Shown here piece by piece: positions 1-11,170 of a DNA stretch of 64,000 nucleotides; positions within the stretch are counted from its first letter, which is position 1, and each line of letters opens with the position of its first letter. The stretch is from Gammaproteobacteria bacterium. GTDB taxonomy: Bacteria; Pseudomonadota; Gammaproteobacteria; Eutrophobiales; Eutrophobiaceae. The DNA is taken from assembly GCA_965215365.1 (NCBI GenBank), contig CBDCDS010000003.1, positions 1,408,001 to 1,472,000 of the forward strand, read 5' to 3'. The notes under the pieces are model-generated. The model worked only from the letters and a program-made list of their open reading frames with translations, did no database searches and was not told the origin of the DNA. Made by a program: the position numbers and the translations under genes.

Positions 1-763
1 CTTCCGGCAGCACCCCGGACAGCTTAAAGCCGACTACTTCGGGGATGAGCATGGTGATGGGTTGCCCCAGCATCGCCGCTTCCGCCTCGATGCCGCCCAC
101 GCCCCAGCCGAGTACGCCCAAGCCGTTGATCATGGTGGTATGAGAATCGGTGCCGACTACGGTATCGGGATAGGCCTCGACGACACCGTCAACCGCACGG
201 GTGAACACCGTGCGCGCCAGATATTCCAGGTTGACCTGGTGCACGATGCCGGTATCCGGCGGCACTACCTTAAAATTGGAGAAGGCCTGCTGGCCCCAGC
301 GCAGGAATTCATAGCGTTCGCGGTTGCGTTTGAATTCGATGGCGGCATTGCGCTGCGCCGCGTCGTGGACACCGAACACATCCACCATCACCGAGTGATC
401 GATGACCAGTTCCGCCGGCGACAACGGGTTGATGCGCGCCGGGTCGCCGCCCAGCGCCTGCATGGCGTCGCGCATTGCCGCCAGGTCCACCACCGCTGGC
501 ACGCCGGTAAAGTCCTGCATCAGGACTCGCGCCGGGGTAAAAGCAATCTCCCGTGGCGTTGCCGCCTGCGGCTCCCAACCCGCCAGCGCCGCGATGTCTT
601 CTGCCGTGACGTTCACCCCGTCTTCATGGCGCAGCAGGTTTTCCAGCAGGATCTTCAGCGAATAGGGCAGGCGGCTGAGGTCATGTTCCCCCGCCCGCGC
701 CGCCAGCGAATAAATCCGGTAGGTTTTGCCGTTTACGGCAAGGTTTGTTGGTGTATCACTCAA
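1..763 (-). CDS. acnA: Aconitate hydratase A, 5' part (runs off window start)
   Basis: Manual minus-strand translation gives [66 protein letters not shown]. Probable TTG start at 763 with AGGAA upstream. Confidence 0.93.
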   Translation of the reverse strand, partial: MSDTPTNLAVNGKTYRIYSLAARAGEHDLSRLPYSLKILLENLLRHEDGVNVTAEDIAALAGWEPQAATPREIAFTPARVLMQDFTGVPAVVDLAAMRDAMQALGGDPARINPLSPAELVIDHSVMVDVFGVHDAAQRNAAIEFKRNRERYEFLRWGQQAFSNFKVVPPDTGIVHQVNLEYLARTVFTRAVDGVVEAYPDTVVGTDSHTTMINGLGVLGWGVGGIEAEAAMLGQPITMLIPEVVGFKLSGVLPE

Positions 764-1052
764 TGGAAGTTCCTGATTGTGGCGTCACCTGGTCGTAGTG
801 GCCACCAAGTGAAAATATATATACGTAATGATCATCAAATTTGTAGATGATTCTGTCTTTTTTGGAAATACGTCGTGACCAGAATCCCGAAAGATCATGT
901 TTCAATCGTTCAGGCTTGCCCAAACCTGAGGCCGGGTCGTCCCTAGTCAGTTCCTTGATTATTCTGCACAGGGGCCGGTGCAGTTGCCTGTCTCTGCTGC
1001 GTATTTCTTCATAAATCAGCCAGGTTTTTCCTTCAAATATCAATGATCTCAT
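756..1052 (-). CDS. yoeB: Txe/YoeB family mRNA interferase toxin
   Basis: [28 protein letters not shown]...GHY signature; overlaps the upstream antitoxin. Confidence 0.9.
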   Translation of the reverse strand: MRSLIFEGKTWLIYEEIRSRDRQLHRPLCRIIKELTRDDPASGLGKPERLKHDLSGFWSRRISKKDRIIYKFDDHYVYIFSLGGHYDQVTPQSGTSIE

Positions 1053-1305
1053 TCATTTCCTTGTCAGTAGGCATATAGCCGGCGCGTTGCCCGTGTGTTT
1101 GCAAAGATCCTTCCATCTGCTTCATCAAACTTGCGTTTTGCAACACATAAAGAGTTTCCTGTTCCCGTTCCCAATCATCAGCACTGACAACTACAAAATC
1201 ATCACCATTACGCCGCACAACTTTCAAAGGGTCATGGCGCGATACGACACGTTCCACGAAATGACGCAGGTTATCTCTGAATTGATTAACGCTGATACTT
1301 TCCAT
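1033..1305 (-). CDS. yefM: Phd/YefM family antitoxin
   Basis: 90 aa from ATG 1305: FRDNL..VVRRNGDDFVVVSADDWEREQETLYVL; upstream of and overlapping yoeB. Confidence 0.88.
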   Translation of the reverse strand: MESISVNQFRDNLRHFVERVVSRHDPLKVVRRNGDDFVVVSADDWEREQETLYVLQNASLMKQMEGSLQTHGQRAGYMPTDKEMNEIIDI

Positions 1306-1373
1306 TTGTGCAGGACTGAATGTACGGAATTTCCGTACCACTGTAACTGGTTTTTTAATGACACTCAATACTT

Positions 1374-2030
<657 letters not shown>

Positions 2031-2136
2031 GATAGATCCTCTTGTAAGGCCGCAAGGGCGCCACTGTTTTTTGGCAACGCCCGAAATTGAATGTCAATAG
2101 AAAGACAAGGATTATACTACAACAGGCCGCTGATTG

Positions 2137-2466
2137 TCAGCGACGCGGTGACGTCCCGGCAGCACCTGCACGACGCCAGTCAAAATCAGCCATATCCTTA
2201 AAGCGGCGGGGATAGGGGTATTGATGATCGCCCAGCAGCGTCAGACCCCAATAGGCCCACGCCCTGTTACTGAACAGACCCGCCGGGGCCTTTAAGTAAG
2301 CAGCCTTAAATTTTTCCTGCGGATAATATTTCCTGACGGTTACCACATCGTCGGCGTGTCCTCGCGCCATAACCTGGTTCAGAAAAAGTGTCTCATTCCC
2401 CAGCACGTTCTCAGGACGCGTATACCAGTTAATCCTTTCAGCCACTTTGAGCAGTTCCGAGGTCAT
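2137..2466 (-). CDS. Small hypothetical protein, probable partner of the AbiEii-like nucleotidyltransferase
   Basis: 109 aa, starts just downstream of the AbiEii-like gene on the same strand. Confidence 0.6.
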   Translation of the reverse strand: MTSELLKVAERINWYTRPENVLGNETLFLNQVMARGHADDVVTVRKYYPQEKFKAAYLKAPAGLFSNRAWAYWGLTLLGDHQYPYPRRFKDMADFDWRRAGAAGTSPRR

Positions 2467-2480
2467 TGGGAAATGTCCAT

Positions 2481-3152
2481 TTATACACCTTCTGCAATCC
2501 GGTAATGGGCCGCTACCTGCGGCAGCCGCCCTAGGTTGACTTTACTGACGACGGCCGCCAGCTCAGCTCGCACCGCTTCTGATAAAGGCTCCGGCAAGTC
2601 ATCAAAATAGCATAACGCCTGTAAGGTCTGCAGGGGATTGTATTGATTGCCATAAATGGCCTTTGCCGCAGCAATACCTTCGGCAAGTTTCAATCCTGAC
2701 AGGGTTAACAGGGCATAAATATCAAGATAATCCTTAATTTCCGACCTGGTCGGTACCGTGGCGCATTTCATGCCGAATACATCCTGCAACGATGCGACTG
2801 CAATATTATTTTCATTTACAACATCAGGGACATTAACCTGCCGAAGCGTCAAGCCTCCGAAAAAACTGACCTGGCAAGCCCCCGCCTCGGTTTCGACAAC
2901 ACAGGTCAAGGTATCTTGCTCCACCTGTAAGACTTTTTTATTTTCAAACGACACCAGGGAGCGAAACAATTTCGACGGCTCAAACGAACTGGCGGAAAAA
3001 AAGTCATAATCAATACTCGCTCTATGCCCCAGACGCAAAGCCAGGGCAGTGCCACCATACAGAACAAAGTGTTTCGGGATGCACCGGAGCAAACCCCAAA
3101 GGGCGAGTTGCGGTTCGGGAAGAATACTCAGGTCGGGTCGGAATTGATGCAT
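2481..3152 (-). CDS. AbiEii/AbiGii-family nucleotidyltransferase (type IV TA toxin-like)
   Basis: FVLYGGTALALRLGHRASIDYDFF and MK...R...KDYLDIY motifs; likely ATG at 3152. Confidence 0.85.
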   Translation of the reverse strand: MHQFRPDLSILPEPQLALWGLLRCIPKHFVLYGGTALALRLGHRASIDYDFFSASSFEPSKLFRSLVSFENKKVLQVEQDTLTCVVETEAGACQVSFFGGLTLRQVNVPDVVNENNIAVASLQDVFGMKCATVPTRSEIKDYLDIYALLTLSGLKLAEGIAAAKAIYGNQYNPLQTLQALCYFDDLPEPLSEAVRAELAAVVSKVNLGRLPQVAAHYRIAEGV

Positions 3153-3189
3153 CTCGAGCAATGAAAGCAGCACTTTGATCAAGCCCCTA

Positions 3190-4332
3190 TTATAACATGC
3201 GCGCAGCGGCGCGGTGATGCCCCGGCAGTAACAGAAGGTCACCTCGTGGTTGTGAGAGGTGACCAATAATCCCACCGCCTAAGCACTCATCGCCGTGGTA
3301 GAACACTGCGTACTGGCCCGGGGTGACAGCGCGTTGGGGTTGGGAAAAATGCACGGTGACTTTATCGCCATCCTGAGTGGTGATTATACAGGGCTGGTCG
3401 GTCTGGCGGTAGCGCGTTTTCACGGTGCCGGCAAAGGGCAGCGGCGGCGCCGCGGTGATCCAGTTTATGTTGGTTACAACCATGCCGGTGCTGAACAGCG
3501 CCGGGTGGTCATGTCCCTGGGCCACCGTCAGCACGTTGTTGTGCAGGTCCTTGCCCACTACGTACCAGGGTTCTTCGGGGTAGCCGCGCACGCCGCCGAT
3601 GCCCAGACCCTGGCGCTGACCCAGGGTGTAGAAATGGATGCCGTCGTGCGCGCCCAGCTCGTGGCCGGCCAGCGTGCAAATTGGCCCCGCCTGCACTGGC
3701 AGGTAGCGACTGAGAAAATCGCGGAACGGGCGCTCGCCGATGAAACAGATGCCGGTGCTGTCCTTCTTGTCGTGGGTGCTGAGACCGTGGCGTTGTGCCA
3801 GCGCTCGTACCTCAGGCTTTTTCAGCGTCCCCAGCGGGAAGCGGCTGTGCGCCAGTTGCGTCTGGTTCAGCCGGCACAGGAAGTAGCTCTGGTCCTTGTT
3901 GCGATCCATGCCCTTGTACAGGTGGCGGGCGCCGCTGTGCCGCCGTATGGACGCGTAATGGCCGGTGGCAATCGTCATGGCGCCCAGGGATGTGGCATGG
4001 TCAAGGAAGGCGCGGAACTTGATCTCCTGGTTGCACAGGATGTCCGGGTTGGGCGTGCGCCCGCGGCGGTATTCGTCCAGAAATTCCCGAAACACCTTGT
4101 GCCAGTAGGCTTGCGACAGGTCCACGGTATTGAGCTTGATCCCCAGCTTGTCGCACACGGCCAGGGCGTCTTCCACATCGGCTTCCCAGATGCAGCCGCC
4201 GTGCGCGTCGGTTTCATCCCAGTTCTTCATAAACAGGGCTTCGACCTCGTGGCCCTGCTCCAGCAGCAGCAACGCGGCGACGGAGGAGTCGACCCCACCG
4301 GATAGGCCAACGATGATTTTGTTATTCGTCAC
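3190..4332 (-). CDS. mnmA: tRNA 2-thiouridylase MnmA
   Basis: SGGVDS PP-loop, TPNPDILCNQEIKF, KDQSYFL, KKDSTGICFIGE, TPGQ. Confidence 0.97.
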   Translation of the reverse strand: MTNNKIIVGLSGGVDSSVAALLLLEQGHEVEALFMKNWDETDAHGGCIWEADVEDALAVCDKLGIKLNTVDLSQAYWHKVFREFLDEYRRGRTPNPDILCNQEIKFRAFLDHATSLGAMTIATGHYASIRRHSGARHLYKGMDRNKDQSYFLCRLNQTQLAHSRFPLGTLKKPEVRALAQRHGLSTHDKKDSTGICFIGERPFRDFLSRYLPVQAGPICTLAGHELGAHDGIHFYTLGQRQGLGIGGVRGYPEEPWYVVGKDLHNNVLTVAQGHDHPALFSTGMVVTNINWITAAPPLPFAGTVKTRYRQTDQPCIITTQDGDKVTVHFSQPQRAVTPGQYAVFYHGDECLGGGIIGHLSQPRGDLLLLPGHHRAAARML

Positions 4333-7300
4333 TCAGTTTTTCAATCTTCGGGTTGTACCAGTTGCCGGTGATGGTGTACTGGCGACTGAGGATGCTGTCA
4401 ATGTCGTCCTTGACGCCGTCGAAGACATTGTTGGCCAGGTACAGGAAGGCGCCGACGCCGATCCCCACCGGGCCCAGCAGGGCGCTGGCGATGGGCAGGT
4501 TGTCGGCAAACTGTGGCGTGACGGTAGCCAACTGGTCGTAATCCTGAGCGATCAGGCCGGTCCTGCCGCTGATCAGCACATCCACGCTGGGGCCTTTCAG
4601 GCGCAGGTTGTTGGTGTAGGCATTGCCGCCGGAGATATTGAAGTTGCCGCTGATGCGGTCGAAGGCCAGACCCTTGCCGAACAGATCGGTAAAGTCCAGC
4701 GTCAGGCGCCGCGGCAGAGTCTGGATGCTGAGCAGGCCGAACAACCTGCCGGCGGCGGGCGAGACCTCCAGCAGGCGCCCCTTGGTTACCCGTATTTCGA
4801 AAGAACCGGCCATGTTCGCCAAGGAAAATTCGTGTGGCGAGCCGTCCCAGCCGGCATCAATGGTAATGTCCGTTTTGCCGGCCCTGATGCCGGCATTGTC
4901 GTAACCGAAGGTATCCAGCATCCGCTGCAGCTTGTTGGCTTGCAGGTTGATGGTGAAGTTGCAGCGGTTGCGGTTGAATGGTTTTTCCCACAGCCCGGCG
5001 CCGGCCATGGTCAGGTCCTGCGTGGTGAACCCGATCTCTTCGAAGGCCAGCCCGTTGTCGGTGCGCACGGCGGCGAGCTGCATGGCGCCGAGTTGCAAGT
5101 CCCCATACGTGAAGTCGGCTATTTCCACCCGCATGGGCGGCAGCTGCCTCGGGTCTGCCTCCTGCGCAGTGTTGTTGTTATCGAAGGCGCTGAGGGCCAG
5201 TTTTTCCAGGCTGACTTCCAACCGCTGTTGCGGCGACGGGTGTTGTGGCAGATAGGCCTCGCCCGCCAGCAGCGCCCCTTGCACCGCCACCCGCCAGTCG
5301 CCGTTGATGCGGCTTGCCCGCACATTGCTGTCCTGAAATGACTGGTTCATAAGGTTCAACAGCCCCGTTTGCAGTTCCGCGTTGATGGTTGCCGTACTGA
5401 AAAAGCCAGGCTCGGCATCCGCCGCGCCCGCGAACGCGTCCAGGGCCGCGCGCCATTCCTCAAGCATCAGTGCATCCATGCTCCCCCAAAGGTTTATCCC
5501 AGGCCCGGTGGGCCGGTTCGGGAACCCTTCACCCAGCACAATATCCAGTTTTTCCAGTTGTTGGCGTTGACTCTGGCTTTGCTCCGGGTCCTGACTCTGT
5601 CCCTGTCTCTGACCCTGGCCTTGCTCCCGCTTCTGGCTTTGTTCCTGCTCCTGGCCGGTGTACAGCCTGACATGTACCCCGGAGCCATAGTCCAGTACCA
5701 GTGGCGTCCCTGCCAGCAGGGTTTTACTGAGCAGCAACGGGCGTCTGGAATAGGTGGGCTTCCACAGCGGGCGCGGCAGATCCAGCATCAGCCCGTACAG
5801 ATCGGAAGCGATTTCTAGGCGTTGCACCAGCCCTGCGGGTTGTTGCTCAAAGATAAACCGGGCCTGCCAGTCGGTCGCCCCGGACATACGTTGCCCCAGT
5901 TTTGCGGCAAAATCCGCCGCGTCCGGGAAGCGTTCACTGAGCTGCTCAATGATGAATGCGTCGCTCGACTGCCCGGCGATGACAAATGCCGGCGGCGCCT
6001 CGGGGTTGTTTTTCGAGCCGCTCATGCCCAGCGTTACCGGTTCTCCGGCAAAGCGTGCAGTGAGGCCGCGCCCGTCAACAGACTCATGCGTGAAGCCAAC
6101 CGTGCCGTGCACCGCCTCCAGCTCCAGCTTGCCGGCGTCTGACACCAGTCTGGCGTCTTGCAGATGTAAGGCGCCCGCCATGGCCAGTTGCCGCGCCGGC
6201 GCCTTAATCGGGATGCTCAGATCCAGGTCCAACTCGAAGGTTCCATCCACCAGGGACTGGTTGGTATGTTTGATGATCGGGTCCTCAGCCAGCGGGCTTT
6301 GCGCAGTGAATGTTTCCAGGTCCTGTTCCGATCCCTTGACCGTGCCCTGCAGCAGCACTATTTTGGGGCGCGTAGTCAGGTCTTCGATGGCGCCGCTGGC
6401 CTCGGTGATTGCCGCGCTGAAGACGCTGCCGCGGCTGATACGCGCGGTCAGTGTCTCGTTGTCGAAGAATACTTCGGCGTCCACATTGTCCACCACAGGC
6501 CAGCGGTGCGAGTATTCAACGATGCTTTGGGACACGTTGACTACCGCCTGCATGTTGCCGTTGCGCGCGCGGTAGGGAAATTCGTCCGGGTAGCCGCGCA
6601 GCACGGCAATGCCCGTATCAATGTGGCCGCCGTGGAACGCGCGTTGCAGCCACTCCCGGATGCGGAATTTCGGTGTGTGGGGCAGATAACGGTACATATT
6701 TTCCAAGCGCTCGCTACGTATTTCTGCCACCAGGTCCAGGTGCGGCAACGGGTGCGACGCGCCCTGTTGCAGCTGTCCCCGCAACGCCAGCGCCATATCA
6801 CGGTTCTCTAGGTAAAACCGGTCGAGCTCCAGCGTCCAGCCCGGTGTGGTGCGCGTCCAGGTCAGCGCGCCGTCTATATGTGCAAACGCGAGCTCCTGCT
6901 CATACAGGTCGGGCCGGCTGAACTGTCCGCTGCTGCCGTTCATACTGAGCCTGATCTCGCTGTCGGTACCGCGCACCCGGCCGGCTGAGATTTGCACTGC
7001 GGGTCGGTCGCCGCCGCCGGCGTCGAGATTCCTGAATGCGACATCGTACTCCAGCAGCTCCGCCGCGTCGGCGCGCCGGTCGTGCACGAGCAGGCCGTCG
7101 AGCAGTTCACCCCGGAGCGACGCCGTATCCGGCAGCGCTGGTATTGCAGCCGGAAGCAGTTCCAGTTGCGCGGCCAACGGCAGCAGGTCTGCCAGTTTCA
7201 GGTAATCGAACCTCAGCGCGTAACGCCCGCCGCTGGCGGGCGGGGTGACAAACTCAATATCGGTGGACGGCCAGACGCCGTGCTCGGTCTGAACCTGTGC

Positions 7301-8245
7301 CAGTTTCAGGTTCACATGCCAGTTGTGCTGCGGCAGTTTTGTAGCCAGGAACTGCCCGCTCAGTTCATCCACATTGAGGGAGGTATCGGCGCCGAGCACG
7401 ACAAAATCGCGGTACGCCAGCTGGCCCTGCACGCGCACCGGTTTGGCCTGCTGCCAACGGCTCCACAGCGTCAGGTCGGCGCTGCCACCCGCCGGCGTGA
7501 GCGGTTCCGGTCGGTGTTCCCGATACCAACTGTCCGGTTTGAAGCGCGCAGTGGTTGCGTACAGTGCCCCCGACCACTCGGAGGTCCACAGTTTGCCGGT
7601 GGTATCCAAGGCAAAGCTCAGGGTTTCTCCATAGCGTCCTGGCAGGCGCGCGGAGCCGGTGACCTGGGCGCGGTCGCCATCGGTGCGTATCAGCAGGCTG
7701 ACCGCGCGGAACTGCACGGCGGCCTGACGGTGCTTGTAATCAGTCCAGGTGACCCGGGTTTGCTGCACCTCTATGCGCTCTTGGCCGAACAACCACTTGA
7801 CGAACTCGTTGTCGCGTGCGGGGTCGCGCAGGTCGATGCCTGCCACCTGCAAGGCGCCGTCCGGCAGCCGCGACACCGACAGGTCCAGCCCTGATATGAC
7901 AATATGTCGCGGTACCGGCTGGCGCTTCCACAACGACCTGAGGGGAGATATTTCCACGCTGGCGCGCGCGAAGCTGATAATGTCGCGCGTCCGGTCCGGG
8001 CTGTGCAGGTGTACGCCCCGCAGCAGCAGACTGGGCGTCCAGCCATGCCATTCGGCGCTGAGCGAGTCAACGCTGACGGTCTGTTGCAGGAAGCGGCCGG
8101 CCCAGGTTTCCACCTGCTCCTGATAATGTTCGAGATAAGGCAGTGCCAGCCGCACGCCGGTGATCGCCACCGCCGCCAGCAACACCAGCGCGCCGGTGAG
8201 ATAGAGCGCGGCGTGATACGCCCGCTGAATGAATACCGATGCCAC
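4322..8245 (-). CDS. yhdP: YhdP (AsmA-like phospholipid transport) family protein
   Basis: 1307 aa; N-terminal TM; C-terminal GRLFGLLS..LPRRLTLDFTDLF..GLAFD and YTITGNW.NP; downstream of rng. Confidence 0.9.
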   Translation of the reverse strand: MASVFIQRAYHAALYLTGALVLLAAVAITGVRLALPYLEHYQEQVETWAGRFLQQTVSVDSLSAEWHGWTPSLLLRGVHLHSPDRTRDIISFARASVEISPLRSLWKRQPVPRHIVISGLDLSVSRLPDGALQVAGIDLRDPARDNEFVKWLFGQERIEVQQTRVTWTDYKHRQAAVQFRAVSLLIRTDGDRAQVTGSARLPGRYGETLSFALDTTGKLWTSEWSGALYATTARFKPDSWYREHRPEPLTPAGGSADLTLWSRWQQAKPVRVQGQLAYRDFVVLGADTSLNVDELSGQFLATKLPQHNWHVNLKLAQVQTEHGVWPSTDIEFVTPPASGGRYALRFDYLKLADLLPLAAQLELLPAAIPALPDTASLRGELLDGLLVHDRRADAAELLEYDVAFRNLDAGGGDRPAVQISAGRVRGTDSEIRLSMNGSSGQFSRPDLYEQELAFAHIDGALTWTRTTPGWTLELDRFYLENRDMALALRGQLQQGASHPLPHLDLVAEIRSERLENMYRYLPHTPKFRIREWLQRAFHGGHIDTGIAVLRGYPDEFPYRARNGNMQAVVNVSQSIVEYSHRWPVVDNVDAEVFFDNETLTARISRGSVFSAAITEASGAIEDLTTRPKIVLLQGTVKGSEQDLETFTAQSPLAEDPIIKHTNQSLVDGTFELDLDLSIPIKAPARQLAMAGALHLQDARLVSDAGKLELEAVHGTVGFTHESVDGRGLTARFAGEPVTLGMSGSKNNPEAPPAFVIAGQSSDAFIIEQLSERFPDAADFAAKLGQRMSGATDWQARFIFEQQPAGLVQRLEIASDLYGLMLDLPRPLWKPTYSRRPLLLSKTLLAGTPLVLDYGSGVHVRLYTGQEQEQSQKREQGQGQRQGQSQDPEQSQSQRQQLEKLDIVLGEGFPNRPTGPGINLWGSMDALMLEEWRAALDAFAGAADAEPGFFSTATINAELQTGLLNLMNQSFQDSNVRASRINGDWRVAVQGALLAGEAYLPQHPSPQQRLEVSLEKLALSAFDNNNTAQEADPRQLPPMRVEIADFTYGDLQLGAMQLAAVRTDNGLAFEEIGFTTQDLTMAGAGLWEKPFNRNRCNFTINLQANKLQRMLDTFGYDNAGIRAGKTDITIDAGWDGSPHEFSLANMAGSFEIRVTKGRLLEVSPAAGRLFGLLSIQTLPRRLTLDFTDLFGKGLAFDRISGNFNISGGNAYTNNLRLKGPSVDVLISGRTGLIAQDYDQLATVTPQFADNLPIASALLGPVGIGVGAFLYLANNVFDGVKDDIDSILSRQYTITGNWYNPKIEKLSDE

Positions 8246-8246
8246 G

Positions 8247-9782
8247 TTACAGCAACACTATGTCGTATTGTTCCCTGATGTACAACGGTTCAACCTGGAA
8301 GGTGATCGGACGGCCAATGAATTCCTCCAGTTCTGCCACGCTGGCCGATTCCTCGTCCACCAGCATATCCACGATCGGCTGCGCGGCGATGACCAGCAGC
8401 TTGTTACCGTCGAACTGGCGCACCTCGCGCAGGATTTCCCGGAATATTTCATAGCACACGGTTTCCGGGGTTTTCATGGTGCCGCGGCCGTTACAACTTG
8501 GACAGGGCTCACACAGGGTTTGTTCCATGCTCTCCCGGGTGCGTTTGCGCGTGAGCTGCACTAAGCCCAGAGAAGTAAATTCGCTGATGGTCACCTTGGA
8601 ATGGTCGTTCTCCACGCGTTTTTCCAGCGTGCGCAAGACCTGGCGGGCGTGTTCCGGCTCGCGCATATCGATGAAGTCGATGATAATGATGCCGCCGAGG
8701 TTACGCAGGCGCAGTTGCTTGGCAATGGCGTGGGCGGCTTCCAGGTTGGTCTTGTAAATGGTCTCTTCCAGGTTCCTGTGGCCGACAAAGGCGCCGGTAT
8801 TGACGTCGATGGTAGTCATGGCCTCGGTCTGGTCAATGACCAGATGACCGCCGGATTTTAACTGCACCTTGCGGTCCAGGGACTTGCGCAACTCATCTTC
8901 AATGGCATACAAGTCCATGATGGGACGCTCACCGGAGTAGTACTCGATGCGGCCCAAAAAATCGGGGATGAAGTGTTTGCTGAACTCCAGCACCCTGAGG
9001 TAGGCTTCCTTGGAGTCGATGCGTATTTTTTCAACCCGGGCATGGGTCACGTCGCGCAGGATGCGTATCACCAGCGGTAAATCCTCGTGGATTAACGCCG
9101 GCGCGCAGGTATTTTTTGCGCGGATGGATACCGACCCCCAGAGTTTGAGCAGAAAGTCGCTGTCCCGGTACAGTTCCTCCTCTTCCACGCCTTCCGCCGC
9201 GGTTCTGATAATAAACCCGCCCCTGGATAGTTCCGGCGTTATCGTGTGCAGCACGCCGCCGCCGGCGCTCATCGCCATCGCCTGCTCCTCGGTCTGGTAG
9301 TGGCTAAGGATGCGGCGCAGGCGTTCCCGTTCCAGGTCGTCTTCTATACGTTGCGAGACGCCGACCATGTTGTGGTTGGGGATGAAGACCAGGTAGCGCG
9401 ACGGTATGGAAATGCGCGTGGTCAGGCGCGCGCCCTTGGCGCCGATCGGGTCTTTGACGACCTGCACCAGCAGTTCCTGACCCTCGTTCAACAGGGCCTC
9501 GATGGAGGCGCTCGACAACGCACCGGCGACCGCTTCCGGCTCCAGGCCGGCGCCGGTATTCATCAGGTCCGACACATGCAGAAAACCGCTGCGTTCCAGA
9601 CCGATATCGACAAATGCAGACTGCATACCCGGCAACACCCGATGCACCCGGCCCTTGATGATGTTCCCCACCAGGCCGCGTTTACGGGTCCGCTCGATAT
9701 GCACATCCTGCAATACGCCGTTTTCCACCACGGCCACGCGGGTCTCATGGGGAGTGACATTGATGAGTATTTCTTCACTCAT
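8247..9782 (-). CDS. rng: Ribonuclease G
   Basis: S1 domain VLPGMQSAFVDIG, DQTEAMTTIDVNTG, LRLRNLGGIIIIDFIDM, CPSC. Confidence 0.96.
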   Translation of the reverse strand: MSEEILINVTPHETRVAVVENGVLQDVHIERTRKRGLVGNIIKGRVHRVLPGMQSAFVDIGLERSGFLHVSDLMNTGAGLEPEAVAGALSSASIEALLNEGQELLVQVVKDPIGAKGARLTTRISIPSRYLVFIPNHNMVGVSQRIEDDLERERLRRILSHYQTEEQAMAMSAGGGVLHTITPELSRGGFIIRTAAEGVEEEELYRDSDFLLKLWGSVSIRAKNTCAPALIHEDLPLVIRILRDVTHARVEKIRIDSKEAYLRVLEFSKHFIPDFLGRIEYYSGERPIMDLYAIEDELRKSLDRKVQLKSGGHLVIDQTEAMTTIDVNTGAFVGHRNLEETIYKTNLEAAHAIAKQLRLRNLGGIIIIDFIDMREPEHARQVLRTLEKRVENDHSKVTISEFTSLGLVQLTRKRTRESMEQTLCEPCPSCNGRGTMKTPETVCYEIFREILREVRQFDGNKLLVIAAQPIVDMLVDEESASVAELEEFIGRPITFQVEPLYIREQYDIVLL

Positions 9783-9954
9783 GGGGTAACAGCCATCGGT
9801 AATTGTAACATACGAGCACCTCTATTAATTAGAGGTTACCATATTTCCGCTATTGCCCCCGGTGCGCTATACTGCAACCGTCCGTTTCCGCTGACTACCG
9901 AACTCAGCTCAACTGATGTTTGATTACATCAACAACAAAATCCTGCACTGAGCG

Positions 9955-10560
9955 ATGCCGGCTGAACCTGCACGTTGTCGCTGGTGTTTGGGCAATGAAA
10001 TTTACCTTAACTACCACGACCGGGAATGGGGCGTGCCGTTGCACGATGACCGCAAGTTGTTTGAATTTCTGGTGCTGGAAGGCGTACAGGCCGGCCTGAG
10101 CTGGATTACGGTGCTGAAAAAACGCCCGGCCTACCGCGCGGCATTCGATAATTTTGACTTCAACCGGGTAGCGGAATACGACGAGGACAAGGTGGCAAGC
10201 CTGCTGGCCAACCCCGGCCTCGTCCGGAACGAACTCAAGATTCGCTCGGCTATCCGTAACGCCCGCGCCTTCCTGCGGGTACGGGAGGAATTTGGCTCCT
10301 TCGACCACTACATCTGGGACTTCGTCGGCGGCAAACCCATACACAACGCCTGGCAGCACGGCGCACAGATCCCGGCGCAAACTCCCCGGTCCGACAAAAT
10401 CTCCAAAGACCTGAAACAACGCGGCTTCAACTTTGTCGGCCCCACCATTATCTACGCCCACATGCAAGCCACCGGCATGGTCAACGACCACACCACAGAC
10501 TGCTTCCGCCATGCAGAGCTGCAAGAGGCCGGATCAGCTGCGAGCGCGAAATCCGAGTAG
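9955..10560 (+). CDS. tag: DNA-3-methyladenine glycosylase I
   Basis: RCRW, YHDREWGVP, LEGVQAGLSWITVL, FVGPTIIYAHMQATGMVNDH...C. Confidence 0.95.
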   Translation: MPAEPARCRWCLGNEIYLNYHDREWGVPLHDDRKLFEFLVLEGVQAGLSWITVLKKRPAYRAAFDNFDFNRVAEYDEDKVASLLANPGLVRNELKIRSAIRNARAFLRVREEFGSFDHYIWDFVGGKPIHNAWQHGAQIPAQTPRSDKISKDLKQRGFNFVGPTIIYAHMQATGMVNDHTTDCFRHAELQEAGSAASAKSE

Positions 10561-10580
10561 ATAGACACGCGCACACGCTT

Positions 10581-11170
10581 ATACAAAAATACTGTTGACA
10601 ACCCCGATAACGAGTGGTAGCTTGACCCTGAAAGGACGGGAGTGAAAAGGCTTTCCGACCTGGAACGAAACAGATAACAACCATTACGGAGGATACCCGA
10701 ATGAGCAGTGCTGCTCTTTACAAAGCGTTCATCGATGCCGGTGCATCAGAACAAAAGGCCACCTTGGCCGCGGAGGATGTTGTCCAGGTGTCCCAGCTAC
10801 CGCAACTGGCAACGAAGTCTGATATGTTAGTCCTAGAGGCCAATATGGCAACCAAGGCTGACATTTCAGATATGGCAACCAAATCTGACATTGCAGATAT
10901 GGCAACCAAGGCTGACATCGCAGATATGGCAACGAAGGCTGACATCGCAGCCCTAGAGGCCAACATGGCAACCAAGGCTGACATTGCAGACTTGGAAGCC
11001 CGTATGGCAACGAAGTCTGACATCGCAGTCCTGGAGGCCAACATGGCAACCAAGGCTGACATTTCAGCCCTGGAAGTCAATATGGCAAAACTGGAAACCC
11101 GAATGATTAAATGGATGGTGGGCAGCGGTTTGATTTACACCAGTATTATCATCGCCGGTTTCAGTTTGCT
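10581..11170 (+). repeat. Left arm of long inverted repeat (promoter+leader+repeat-protein gene)
   Basis: Reverse complement of about 17244-18009; 120-bp leader 119/120 identical; arms differ in internal repeat number. Confidence 0.92.
10595..10623 (+). promoter_or_regulatory. Sigma70 promoter (duplicated in inverted orientation at about 17967-17995)
   Basis: TTGACA-17 bp-TAGCTT with TG extension, upstream of GGAGG RBS and ATG 10701. Confidence 0.7.

Noticed and set aside
62-850. 262-aa plus-strand ORF and other long antisense ORFs (e.g. 3295-4305, 4130-5341, 12547-13584, 51167-52105)
   Set aside because: Shadow frames of well-supported GC-rich genes on the opposite strand; no motifs of their own.
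10624-10700. Hammerhead ribozyme or known riboswitch in the conserved leader
   Set aside because: CTGA and GAAA occur, but the CTGANGA core and three-stem geometry are missing; no riboswitch consensus was recognised by eye.
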